Shown here: positions 19,573 through 28,330 of the stretch, one piece after another
Numbering within the stretch: position 1 is the stretch's first letter
Layout: the number at the start of each line of letters is the position of its first letter
DNA from: Alphaproteobacteria bacterium
GTDB lineage: Bacteria; Pseudomonadota; Alphaproteobacteria; GCA-2731375
Direction of reading: 5' to 3'
Assembly (NCBI GenBank): GCA_965232515.1
Contig: CBDDPY010000002.1
Coordinates: 4,928,001-4,992,000, forward strand
DNA length: 64,000 nt
Translations under genes and position numbers: made by a program
Notes under the pieces: model-generated
The model's database searches: none
The model's input: the letters and a program-made list of their open reading frames with translations, nothing else
Told to the model about the DNA's origin: nothing

Positions 19573-20508
19573 ATGAACGACAGCACCGACGCGCACGGCC
19601 AGACCACGCACGACGCGGAAGAGGACGCTCGCAACCGCGACATCAAGATCTACGTCGACGGTGAGATCGTGCACCGGGACGATGCCAAGATCTCGGTCTA
19701 CGATTCCGGCTTCATGCTGGGCGACGGCATGTGGGAAGGCATGCGCCTCTACAACGGCAAGTGGGCCTTCTTCGACGACCACATGGACCGCCTGTTCGCG
19801 GCCTGCAAGGCCGTCGCCCTCGACATCGGCATGGACCGTGCCGGCATTCTCGACGCGCTCACCCGCACGGCCGACGCAAATGCTATGACGACGGACGTAC
19901 ATTGCCGGCTGATGGTGACCCGCGGCGTGAAGGTGAAGCCGTTCCAGCATCCGAGCCTGTCGCGTTCCGGTCCCACCGTCGTGATCATCATGGAGCACTC
20001 GAAACCGGTCGACAGTCTGCAAAGCCGTGGCATCCGTCTTGCCACCGTGCCGCAGGTGCGCGGCCTGCCGATGTCGCAGGACGCCAAGTACAACTCGCAT
20101 TCCAAGCTGAACTGCGTCATCGCCTGCCTGCAGGCCGAACAGGCCGGCGCCGACGAGGCCCTGATGCTGGACCCGCACGGCTTCGTCAACACGACGAACG
20201 CCTGCAACTTCTTCATCGTCCGGCGTGGCGAGGTCTGGACCTCGACCGGCGACTACTGCATGAACGGCGTCACCCGCCAGAAGGTGATCGACCTCTGCCG
20301 GGCGAACGGCATCCCGGTGTTCGAACGCAACTATTCGCTGGTCGACACCTACAGCGCCGACGAGGCGTTTCTGACCGGGACCTTCGGCGCGCAGACGCCC
20401 GTCGCCGAGATTGACGGCCGCAAGATCGGTGCGCACGACGGCGCTGGCCCGGTGACGACGCGCTTGCAGGCGCTCTACAAGGACCTCGTCAGACAGAACA
20501 CGGCCTGA
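19573..20508 (+). CDS. Class IV PLP aminotransferase (BCAT/D-amino acid type)
   Basis: SVYDSGFMLGDGMWEG, HSKLNC, EALMLD, NGVTRQ, DEAFLTGT. Confidence 0.9.
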   Translation: MNDSTDAHGQTTHDAEEDARNRDIKIYVDGEIVHRDDAKISVYDSGFMLGDGMWEGMRLYNGKWAFFDDHMDRLFAACKAVALDIGMDRAGILDALTRTADANAMTTDVHCRLMVTRGVKVKPFQHPSLSRSGPTVVIIMEHSKPVDSLQSRGIRLATVPQVRGLPMSQDAKYNSHSKLNCVIACLQAEQAGADEALMLDPHGFVNTTNACNFFIVRRGEVWTSTGDYCMNGVTRQKVIDLCRANGIPVFERNYSLVDTYSADEAFLTGTFGAQTPVAEIDGRKIGAHDGAGPVTTRLQALYKDLVRQNTA

Positions 20509-20514
20509 CGCGGC

Positions 20515-21396
20515 TCAGTCCGCGCCACGCACGCGCTCGCGCCAGGCGAGCAGCGCCGCGCCGGCGACGATCAGAACGGCGCCGGCCAGGCTGAATGCGG
20601 TCGGCAGCACGCTGAACACCAGGAAATCGTAGACGGCGGCGAAGACCAGCGTCGCGTAGAAGAACGGCGCGACGAAGCTGGCGTCGCCCCGGCGCATGGC
20701 CTGGATGAAGAGCGTTTGCGCCGTCACCATGGTCGCGCCGAGCATCGCCAGCAGCGCCCACTGCGTCGGTGTCGGCCAGATCCAGACGAACGACGCGGCG
20801 ATGAGCGCGACCGTGGCGCCGATGCTGTTGTTGATGGCGAGAATGCGCAACGGTGGTTCGCCGCCGGCCAGCCGCTTGATCAGGATCAGCTCCATGGCCA
20901 TGAACAGCGCCGAGGTCAGCGCGATCAGCGCCGCGGCCTGGAAGGCATCCGTGCCCGGCCGGATCAGCACGATGGCGCCGGCGAGCGAAATCCCGGCGGC
21001 GGCCCAGCGCCAGGGTCCAATCCGCTCGCCCAGCAGCGGGATCGCCAGCAGCATGGTGAACAGGGGACTGAGAAAACTGATCGCCGTCGCGTCCGCCAGC
21101 GGCATCATCGCGGCGGCGGCGAACATGCAGCTCACGCCGGCCCAGCCACAGAGCGCACGCCCGATATGTACCGGCCAGGCCGCGCCGCGCAGGCTCGGCC
21201 GGACCCAAGCGAGGATCGGCAGCAGCGTCATCAGCGCAAAGCAGAACCGCCCGGCGCTCACCTGCAAGGGGTGCAGCGCGGCGCCGTCGATGCCGCGGCC
21301 CAGCACCTTGGCGATCAGCGTCGTCACCGCCAGCAGGGCGCAGCAAGCCACCATCAGGGCCGCGCCGGTCAGCGGCCGGGACGCCGCCGGCGTCAC
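20515..21396 (-). CDS. DMT/EamA family transporter
   Basis: About 10 TM helices; LLGERIGPWRW, ASFVAPFFY. Confidence 0.85.
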   Translation of the reverse strand: MTPAASRPLTGAALMVACCALLAVTTLIAKVLGRGIDGAALHPLQVSAGRFCFALMTLLPILAWVRPSLRGAAWPVHIGRALCGWAGVSCMFAAAAMMPLADATAISFLSPLFTMLLAIPLLGERIGPWRWAAAGISLAGAIVLIRPGTDAFQAAALIALTSALFMAMELILIKRLAGGEPPLRILAINNSIGATVALIAASFVWIWPTPTQWALLAMLGATMVTAQTLFIQAMRRGDASFVAPFFYATLVFAAVYDFLVFSVLPTAFSLAGAVLIVAGAALLAWRERVRGAD

Positions 21397-21485
21397 GCCG
21401 CCATGCCGGATTTACTGATGTCGATCCTCATTGCCGTTGTGATACGACGCGGGGCGTCGGCGCGTCTACGCGCAATGCCGGCGCG

Positions 21486-21749
21486 TCAGCGCGTATAGCC
21501 GCCCCATTTGCCGCGGCCGTCGAAGGCCGGTTCGGCGCTTGTCACCGTTTGGCTGCTGTCGTCGCGATCGACGGTCTGGTCCACGTAGTATGAGTCATGG
21601 GACAGCCCCAGGGCGACCAGGATGGCGACGGCGATTACGGCGGCATAGACCGGAAGTTGCGCGAAGATGCCGCCGCGCGGCGCGTGCGCGTGGCCGGCCG
21701 GGTGGTGCGGGGCGTTGAGGTACATGCCCTGGTAACGCGCGTACAACAT
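21486..21749 (-). CDS. Small single-TM hypothetical protein
   Basis: Strong RBS AAGGAG; one TM helix; C-terminus FDGRGKWGGYTR. Confidence 0.6.
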   Translation of the reverse strand: MLYARYQGMYLNAPHHPAGHAHAPRGGIFAQLPVYAAVIAVAILVALGLSHDSYYVDQTVDRDDSSQTVTSAEPAFDGRGKWGGYTR

Positions 21750-21884
21750 ATGCGTTCTCCTTATCGCTGCGGCCGCGCCGGGTCGAAACCCGACGGCCGC
21801 CGGATATGGCGCCGTCCATGGAGATATGCGGGCCCGGCGTCACAGCCACAAACGAGAACTTCTCATTTGTTGGATAAGGAAATG

Positions 21885-22739
21885 TTATGCGGAAGCCGTT
21901 GTCGCCGGATCGGCGAACAGCGCCGTCAGCCAGTCGGCGACGGCCGAAATCCGTGGCAGATGGCGGATCTCGGGGTGCACCAGCAGCCAGACCTCGCGGC
22001 GTAGCACCGGCCCGTCGGTGAGTCGCGTCAATCCGTCGCCGTCGGTCACGGCGAGATCGGGCAGCAGCGTCCGGCCGAGCCCCGCCACTACGGCCTGAAA
22101 CAGGGTCTCGGCGTCGTTCGCCCGCAAGGCGATGTCGGCGTTCCGCGCCTCCCGGGCCAGCCAGCGCGCCTGCGGCAGATCGGCATGGTCGTCGTCGTAG
22201 CCGAGCCAGGGCAGGGGGCCGCCGGCGACGACCGCGCCATAGACCGAGTAGGCGAGCTCGCCCAGCTTTCGGCAGAGCGCTGTGCCGCCGGCCGGCCGCG
22301 CCAGCCGCACCGCGATGTCGGCGTCGCGCTTGGCGAGCTGCAGGTTGCGGGGCTCGGCAACCAGTTCCAGCGACAGCCTGGGATAGCGCTGCCGGAACGT
22401 CCCCAAGTGCGGGATCAGCACGCGGTTGACCAGGATCGGCACCGCCGTCAGCCGCACATCGCCCTCCGGCGCGCGGTCGGCGCCGGCGAGCCGCGCCGCC
22501 AGGCGTTCGATCTCGGCTTCCACCCGCTCGGCATGCGCGACCGCGTCGGCCCCGGCGTCCGTCGGCCGCAGCCGCCGCTCAATACGTTGAAACAGCGGCG
22601 TGCCCACGGCTTGCTCGAGGGTGGCCAGCCGACGCGTCACCGTCGTCTGGTCCACCCCCAGCCGCTTCGCGGCTGCCGACAGGGTCTCGCCGCGTGCCAC
22701 CGCCAGCACGACACGCAGGTCGTCCCAGTTGAGAGGCAT
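21885..22739 (-). CDS. LysR family regulator
   Basis: NWDDLRVVLAVARGETLSAAAKRLGVDQTTVTRRL; ADIAVRL. Start may be 22751. Confidence 0.9.
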   Translation of the reverse strand: MPLNWDDLRVVLAVARGETLSAAAKRLGVDQTTVTRRLATLEQAVGTPLFQRIERRLRPTDAGADAVAHAERVEAEIERLAARLAGADRAPEGDVRLTAVPILVNRVLIPHLGTFRQRYPRLSLELVAEPRNLQLAKRDADIAVRLARPAGGTALCRKLGELAYSVYGAVVAGGPLPWLGYDDDHADLPQARWLAREARNADIALRANDAETLFQAVVAGLGRTLLPDLAVTDGDGLTRLTDGPVLRREVWLLVHPEIRHLPRISAVADWLTALFADPATTASA

Positions 22740-22744
22740 ATGAG

Positions 22745-22802
22745 TCTGCATTTCTACAGATTAAATTCGCGGAAGTTCGACTGTAAATCGCATTTCTGCG
22801 GA
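22745..22802. promoter_or_regulatory. Candidate LysR binding sites
   Basis: TCTGCATTTCTACAGA and a related CGCATTTCTGCG dyad between the divergent LysR and carbonic anhydrase genes. Confidence 0.45.
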
Positions 22803-22843
22803 TCAAAGATGTGGGCGCTGTCCGCACACAGAGGAGCGCCACC

Positions 22844-23431
22844 ATGCCGACCTCCAACGATCCCTGGTTGTCGACCCTGCTGGCCCGCAACGCCGCCTTC
22901 CGCGCCAAGGCCGATCCGGCGCGCTTGCCGGTCGCGCGCAGGCCCGGCCGTTTCGGGCTGGTCACCTGCATGGACCCGCGCCTCAATCCGGCCGTGCTTG
23001 GCCTCGACGGCTTCGGTCCGGACGGCGCCGGCGGCGGCGATGTGCGCGTGATCCGCACCATCGGCGGCATGGCCGACGACCGCTCGCTGATCGTCTGCAT
23101 TCATCTCGCCGGTATCCGCGAGTTCGCCTTCATTACCCACACCGACTGCGGCAACTGCCTCGCCAAGGCGCGCATCGATGCCATTTCCGACAGCCTGCGC
23201 GCGACCATGTCGGCTGACGATCACAAGGCCTTCGCCGATGCCATCGGCGGCGACGATCCGGCGCGGCTCGTCGCCCATCTCAAGGCCTTCGACGATCCCC
23301 GCGTTGCTGTCGAGCAGGAAATCGACAGCGTCCGCCGCAAGCCCTTCGTGCCGGCCGACGTTATCCTGCACGGCCTGGTCTACGACCTCGCCACGGCGAC
23401 GCTCGACCTGGTGGTCGATGGCTATGTCTAG
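22844..23431 (+). CDS. Beta-class carbonic anhydrase (short, clade-D-like)
   Basis: Zn ligands TCMDPR and HTDCG; HGLVYDLAT. RBS GAGGAG. Confidence 0.85.
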   Translation: MPTSNDPWLSTLLARNAAFRAKADPARLPVARRPGRFGLVTCMDPRLNPAVLGLDGFGPDGAGGGDVRVIRTIGGMADDRSLIVCIHLAGIREFAFITHTDCGNCLAKARIDAISDSLRATMSADDHKAFADAIGGDDPARLVAHLKAFDDPRVAVEQEIDSVRRKPFVPADVILHGLVYDLATATLDLVVDGYV

Positions 23432-24297
23432 GCTTTGGACCGGGCGCCGACCTGGGCCAGGATGATGCCGCCGATGACCAGCGCGGTGCCCAGCGCCTGC
23501 TGGCCGGACATCGGCTCGCCCAACAGCAGCAGCGCCAGCATGATGGTGATCGGCGGCTCCAGATTGAACAGCAGCGCCGCGGGCACCGCGCCCAGGCGGC
23601 GGATGCCGGCGAACATGCTGACGTAGAACAACAGGAACGTCGCCAACGCCAGGCCCAGCATGGCCCAGCCGAAGCCGCCGCGCGGCAGCGCGAACTCGCT
23701 GGCGAAGCTCGCCGTCAGCAGCGCCATGGGCAGGCCGGCGAGCGAGAAGTGCAGGCTCGCCGGCAGCGTGTCGACGCCGCGCAGCACCCGGCCGGAGCCG
23801 ATGAAGGCGATGCCGCCGCCCAGCGCCGCGGCGAAGGCCAGCGCCAGCCCGCGCGGATCCAGCCCCTCGAACGAGATCGACAGCGCCATGGCGAGACCGC
23901 CCAGCACGACGACCGCGCCGACGACTTCCGCGATGGCCGGGCGCCGACGGTCGACCACGGCCGCGCCCAAAAGCGTCAGCAGCGGATAGAGATAGAAGAT
24001 CAGGATCGCCAGGTTCACCGGAATGAACTGCACCGCGCCCAGATAGCCGCCGGCCTGTGCGAACAGCGCCAGCCCGACGCCGTAGCAGGCGAGCGCGGAG
24101 CGCAATGGCAGTGCTGCCGGTGTACCGCTCTGCCGCAGCAGCAGCCAGAGCATGGCGGCCGAGAGCGGATAGCGCAGGCACAGCAGCGTCGCGGCATTGC
24201 CGCCGGCCTCGAAGACCAGGCGCGACAGGACGACGGACAGGCTGATGCTGGCGGCCGAGAAGATGATCAGCAGGCCGCCCAATGACTTGGCAGACAT
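23428..24297 (-). CDS. DMT/EamA family transporter
   Basis: About 10 TM helices; LIFYLYP, NLEPP, LLGE. Confidence 0.85.
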   Translation of the reverse strand: MSAKSLGGLLIIFSAASISLSVVLSRLVFEAGGNAATLLCLRYPLSAAMLWLLLRQSGTPAALPLRSALACYGVGLALFAQAGGYLGAVQFIPVNLAILIFYLYPLLTLLGAAVVDRRRPAIAEVVGAVVVLGGLAMALSISFEGLDPRGLALAFAAALGGGIAFIGSGRVLRGVDTLPASLHFSLAGLPMALLTASFASEFALPRGGFGWAMLGLALATFLLFYVSMFAGIRRLGAVPAALLFNLEPPITIMLALLLLGEPMSGQQALGTALVIGGIILAQVGARSKA

Positions 24298-25199
24298 TAC
24301 CCGCTTATAGCAGTGCCCGGCCGCCGGTGCGCGAGCCAGATGCCGATGGCGACCGCAACGAGGCCGGCGACGAACAAAACCGTGATCTCCTCGCCCAGCA
24401 ACGTCGCGCCCAAGCCCATGGCCGTGATCGGGCTCAACGACAGGAAAACCGCCGTGTTGGTCGCCGGCGCGTGCTGCAGCGCCCAGAGCCAGAGGTAATA
24501 GCCGACGCCGCTGTTGGCGCCAATGAACAGCACCGCCAACCAGCCGCCGGTCGTGAAGCTGGGCACGGCCGCGAAGAAGCCTTCCCACCCGGCCAGCACG
24601 GCCAGGAACAGGACGGAGGCGAACATGGCGAACAGGCTCACCTGCAACGCCGGATACTTCTGGAGATACGGCCGGTAGAATACGCTGCAGACCGCGCCGC
24701 AGAGCGCACTGCCCAGCACCGCGATCTCGCCCCGCCAGCCGCCGAGGCCGGCATCGTGCAGGCCCAGCTTGTCGCCGAGCGCCAGACCGACGCCAACCAC
24801 CGTCAGCGCCACGCCGATCGATTTCGCCGGCGTCAGCCGCTCCTGGCCCAGGCCCGCCGCCAGCACCATGGTCAATAACGGCAGCGTGGCGAAGATCAGC
24901 GCGCCCATGGCCGACGACGTGAACTGCAGCCCATAGTTCAGCAACGCGATCAGAATGCCGAACTGCCCGATGCCCAGCAGCGCGATGGGCAGCAGGTCGC
25001 GCGCCGCGAACCGTACCCGCGCGGACATCAGCACCGGCGGCAGCAAACAGACGACGCCGATGGCGTAGCGCAGCAGCGCCAGCGAGGCCGGCTCGGTCTG
25101 GTCGATGACGAACCGCGTCGCCACCATCGCCGCCCCGACCAGGATCCCACACCCGGCCGCGGCCGCCGGCGGCAAGAGTCGCCGCCAGTCGTCAGACAT
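24297..25199 (-). CDS. DMT/EamA family transporter
   Basis: About 10 TM helices; LALLRY, GQERLT, LLGEEI. Confidence 0.85.
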   Translation of the reverse strand: MSDDWRRLLPPAAAAGCGILVGAAMVATRFVIDQTEPASLALLRYAIGVVCLLPPVLMSARVRFAARDLLPIALLGIGQFGILIALLNYGLQFTSSAMGALIFATLPLLTMVLAAGLGQERLTPAKSIGVALTVVGVGLALGDKLGLHDAGLGGWRGEIAVLGSALCGAVCSVFYRPYLQKYPALQVSLFAMFASVLFLAVLAGWEGFFAAVPSFTTGGWLAVLFIGANSGVGYYLWLWALQHAPATNTAVFLSLSPITAMGLGATLLGEEITVLFVAGLVAVAIGIWLAHRRPGTAISG

Positions 25200-25212
25200 A
25201 GCGGGTGTCCCT

Positions 25213-25296
25213 GGATTGCCGGGTCGAGCCCGGCAATGACGAACTAGCGAGGAAGTAAGACATCCTTCGTCATCACCGGGCTTGACCCGGTGATCC
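25213..25296. repeat. Inverted pair of REP/RPE-like units (GTCATnnCCGGGCTTGACCCGGnnATCC type)
   Basis: GGATTGCCGGGTCGAGCCCGGCAATGAC (25213-25240) and GTCATCACCGGGCTTGACCCGGTGATCC (25269-25296). Confidence 0.75.
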
Positions 25297-26241
25297 AGCG
25301 CCGGCCGCCGCGCGCAGATCCAGTTCCCAGGTCTCGCTGACCAGATCCTGGCCGAAGCTGCGATGCGGTTCCGAATGCACCATGCGGAACCCGGCGTCGC
25401 GATAGATCTGACGGGCGGCGGTCAGCACGCTGTTGGTCCACAGCGTCATCGTTTTGTAGCCGCGCGATCGCGCGAAGCGGATGCACTCGTCGACCAGGCG
25501 GCGGCCGATGCCGAGGCCGCGCGCCTTCGGCTCCACCAGCAGCAGCCGCAGCTTCGCCACCTCGTCCGACTGCCGCGCCAGGAACACCGAGCCGACATTC
25601 TCGCCGTCCTTCTCGGCGATCCAGCAGCGCTCGGTCTGGGAATCGAAGTTCTCGACGAAGGCGGCGGCGACGCCGGCGACCAGCGCCTCGAAGCGCTCGT
25701 CCCAGCCGAACTCGCGGGCATACAGCACGCCATGCCGCTGGATCACCCAGCCGATGTCGCCCGGCTGGTGCGGCCGCAGCAGGTAGGGCGCCTTCGGTTC
25801 CGGTTCGGCGCCAAGCACCTCTTCGACGATGCCCATCGCCTCGATCAGGCGCGTCTGTTCGGGCGGCGACAGCTCGTCCAGCATGGCGCCGATCTCGGCC
25901 GCCGAGCGCGCGTTCAGCATCGCGAAGGTGCCCCGGCCGCTGTCGGTCAGGCGCAGCAGACTCTGCCGGCCGTCACGCGTCGACGGCGTCTTCTCGATCT
26001 GGCCCAGATTGGCGAGCTTGCGCAGCAACCGGCTCAGATAGCCGGGATCGAGATCGAGATATTTCGCCAGCGCCGTCGCCGTCGTCTCGTCGCGATGCGC
26101 CAGCTCGTAGATCACCCGCACCTCGGTCAACGAGTAGGGGCTGCTCAAATGCCCTTCCAGCAGCACGCCGATGCGCCGCGTGTAGAAGCGGTTGAACCGC
26201 CGCACCGCGGCGACCCGCTGGGCAAATCCGGAATCGTCCAT
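25273..26241 (-). CDS. Bifunctional MarR-HTH/GNAT acetyltransferase
   Basis: VRRFNRFYT, LDPGYLSRLL; GNAT half with AKLRLLLVEPKARGLGIG, LWTNSVLTAARQIY. Confidence 0.92.
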   Translation of the reverse strand: MDDSGFAQRVAAVRRFNRFYTRRIGVLLEGHLSSPYSLTEVRVIYELAHRDETTATALAKYLDLDPGYLSRLLRKLANLGQIEKTPSTRDGRQSLLRLTDSGRGTFAMLNARSAAEIGAMLDELSPPEQTRLIEAMGIVEEVLGAEPEPKAPYLLRPHQPGDIGWVIQRHGVLYAREFGWDERFEALVAGVAAAFVENFDSQTERCWIAEKDGENVGSVFLARQSDEVAKLRLLLVEPKARGLGIGRRLVDECIRFARSRGYKTMTLWTNSVLTAARQIYRDAGFRMVHSEPHRSFGQDLVSETWELDLRAAAGAGSPGQAR

Positions 26242-26271
26242 GGCCGATGTCCCGCCGCCGAAATGCTATTG

Positions 26272-26308
26272 ATTGTATTGAGCAATTAAATAATTGCTTT
26301 CGTCAACT
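26272..26308. promoter_or_regulatory. Candidate MarR-type operator
   Basis: AGCAATTA-AA-TAATTGCT dyad (26281-26298) within two TTG-N-CAA boxes upstream of the MarR-GNAT gene. Confidence 0.5.
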
Positions 26309-26365
26309 AAATTTCACCCATGGTATCGATTGCTATGATGGGCCACACCGAATCGGCTGCCGTTC

Positions 26366-27166
26366 ATGTCCCGCGCCCGCCTGACCGTCGCCACCTGCCA
26401 GTTCTCTGTCGTCGCCGATATCGGTCGCAATGCCCGCCAGATCGTCCGGCTGATCGGCCGGGCGGCCGATCAGGGCGCGGACATCGCGCATTTCCCGGAA
26501 GCGGCGCTATCCGGCTACGCCGGGGCCTCGTTCGATACATGGGACGGCTACGACTGGGCCGGTCTGGACCGGGCGATGGCGCGCGTGCGCGCGGCTTGCC
26601 GCCGGCACGGCATCTGGGCCGTCATCGGCACCAGTCACCGGCCGGATGCCGCCGGGCTGCCGTTCAACAGCGTCGAGGTCATCGATCCGCGCGGCGAACC
26701 CGTCGGCCGTTGCGACAAGCGCCGCTGCAACGATAAGGAGCGCACCCGCTACCGGGTCGGCCGCCGCGCGGTGACATTCACGGTGAACGGCGTGCGCTGC
26801 GGCTGCCTGATCTGCCTGGACTGGTCGTTTCCCGAGCTCTTTCGGGGCTATGCCGACGACGGCGTCGACCTCGTCCTGCTGTCGGCCTTCTCCGCCGGCA
26901 ATGACGGCGACAGCCTGCATACCGACGTGGTGCCGCCCTTGATGCAGGGTCACGCCTTCCTCAACTGCCTTTACATCAGCGTCGCCAACTGCGCCCTGCC
27001 GCGACAAAGCTTCGCCAGTTTCTGGGTCAAGCGCAGCGGCCGGCTCGGCGCCCGCTGCCGCCGCAACACCTCGGGCCTGATCGTCAGCGCCATCCCCGAC
27101 GACGCCGAGAAGGACGCCTTCTACGCCAAGGTCCGCGGGTTCCGCGCGGCCGCCGAGACAAATTAA
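26366..27166 (+). CDS. Carbon-nitrogen hydrolase (nitrilase superfamily)
   Basis: Catalytic E-K-C: FPEAAL, CDKR, ICLDWSFPE. Confidence 0.88.
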   Translation: MSRARLTVATCQFSVVADIGRNARQIVRLIGRAADQGADIAHFPEAALSGYAGASFDTWDGYDWAGLDRAMARVRAACRRHGIWAVIGTSHRPDAAGLPFNSVEVIDPRGEPVGRCDKRRCNDKERTRYRVGRRAVTFTVNGVRCGCLICLDWSFPELFRGYADDGVDLVLLSAFSAGNDGDSLHTDVVPPLMQGHAFLNCLYISVANCALPRQSFASFWVKRSGRLGARCRRNTSGLIVSAIPDDAEKDAFYAKVRGFRAAAETN

Positions 27167-27204
27167 TCCGTATACGGATTAATTTGTCTGTACACGGACT
27201 AATT
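27156..27204. repeat. 34-bp perfect AT-rich palindrome plus a degenerate adjacent copy
   Basis: AGACAAATTAATCCGTATACGGATTAATTTGTCT (27156-27189), then GTACACGGACTAATT. Confidence 0.8.
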
Positions 27205-27256
27205 CGGCTGGCATAGTCCCGCTCACTTGGCGCAGCGAGCATGGAAGGATGGCGCG

Positions 27257-28321
27257 ATGCCCGCAGTGGAATTCGGCATGCAGTTCTTTCCCGACGTCGG
27301 CCCGGCCGAGAAGTCGGGCGCGGATTATTGGGGCGAGGCGCTGCGGCTCTCGGCGCTGGCCGACGCGCTCGGTTTCACCAACCTGCGCACGGTCGAGCAC
27401 TATTTCCACCCCTACGGCGGCTACAGCCCGAACCCGCTGATCTACCTGACGGCCGCCGCCATGCTGACCAAGAAAGCCCGGCTGATCACCGGCGCCGTGC
27501 TGCCGGCTTTCAACAATCCGCTGAAGCTCGCGGCCGAGATCGGCATGGTCGACGCGATCTCGAACGGCCGGCTCGAGGTTGGTTTCGCGCGGGCCTTCCT
27601 GCCGCACGAATTCGGTCATTTCGGCGTCTCGCTGGACGAGAGCCGCGCCCGCTTCGACGAGGGCGTCGAGCAGGTCCAGGCCCTGCTGGCGAACGAGACG
27701 GCGAGCATGGACGGCCGCTTCCATTCCTTCAAGGACGTGACCTCGCTGCCGCGGCCGACGCAAACGCCGCACCCGCCGTTCTGGATCGCTGCGCTCGCGA
27801 CGCCGGAATCGTTCGAGCGCGCCGGCGCGCGCGGCTTCGGCGTCATGGCCATTCCCTTGGCCGGCGGCCAGATGGCCGAACTGATTGGCCTCTACCGCGA
27901 CGCCTGGGCCAAGGCCGGCCATCCGGGTCGGGGTCGGGTCATGCTGGCCTTCCATATGTTCTGCCATGAAGACGCTGGTGCCGCCGCCGATACCGCCCGC
28001 GCGCCGCTCAACGCCTATCTGAAATCTCTGGTCGACGGCGCCAGCCACTGGCTCTCGGGCGCCAACTCGACCGACTATCCCGGCTACGACAAGATCATCG
28101 CCGGCCTGTCGAAAGAAACCTTCGAGACTCAGGTCGCGAAGGGCGCCGCCTGGGTCGGCGATCCCGCCGCGATCCGTCAAACCATTGCCGACTATTACGA
28201 CCGCGTCGGCGGCTTCGAAATCGCCTCGCTGCAGGTCAACTTCAACACGATCGCCGTCGACGACGCCGAGCGTTCGGTCCGCCTGTTCTCGAAAGAGGTG
28301 ATGCCGCACTTCGGCGGCTGA
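27257..28321 (+). CDS. Luciferase-like (LLM) flavin-dependent monooxygenase
   Basis: VEHYFHPYGGYSPNP, NPLKLAAEIGMVDAISNGRLEVGFARAF, PRPTQTPHPPFW. Confidence 0.9.
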   Translation: MPAVEFGMQFFPDVGPAEKSGADYWGEALRLSALADALGFTNLRTVEHYFHPYGGYSPNPLIYLTAAAMLTKKARLITGAVLPAFNNPLKLAAEIGMVDAISNGRLEVGFARAFLPHEFGHFGVSLDESRARFDEGVEQVQALLANETASMDGRFHSFKDVTSLPRPTQTPHPPFWIAALATPESFERAGARGFGVMAIPLAGGQMAELIGLYRDAWAKAGHPGRGRVMLAFHMFCHEDAGAAADTARAPLNAYLKSLVDGASHWLSGANSTDYPGYDKIIAGLSKETFETQVAKGAAWVGDPAAIRQTIADYYDRVGGFEIASLQVNFNTIAVDDAERSVRLFSKEVMPHFGG

Positions 28322-28330
28322 TCTGCCAGC

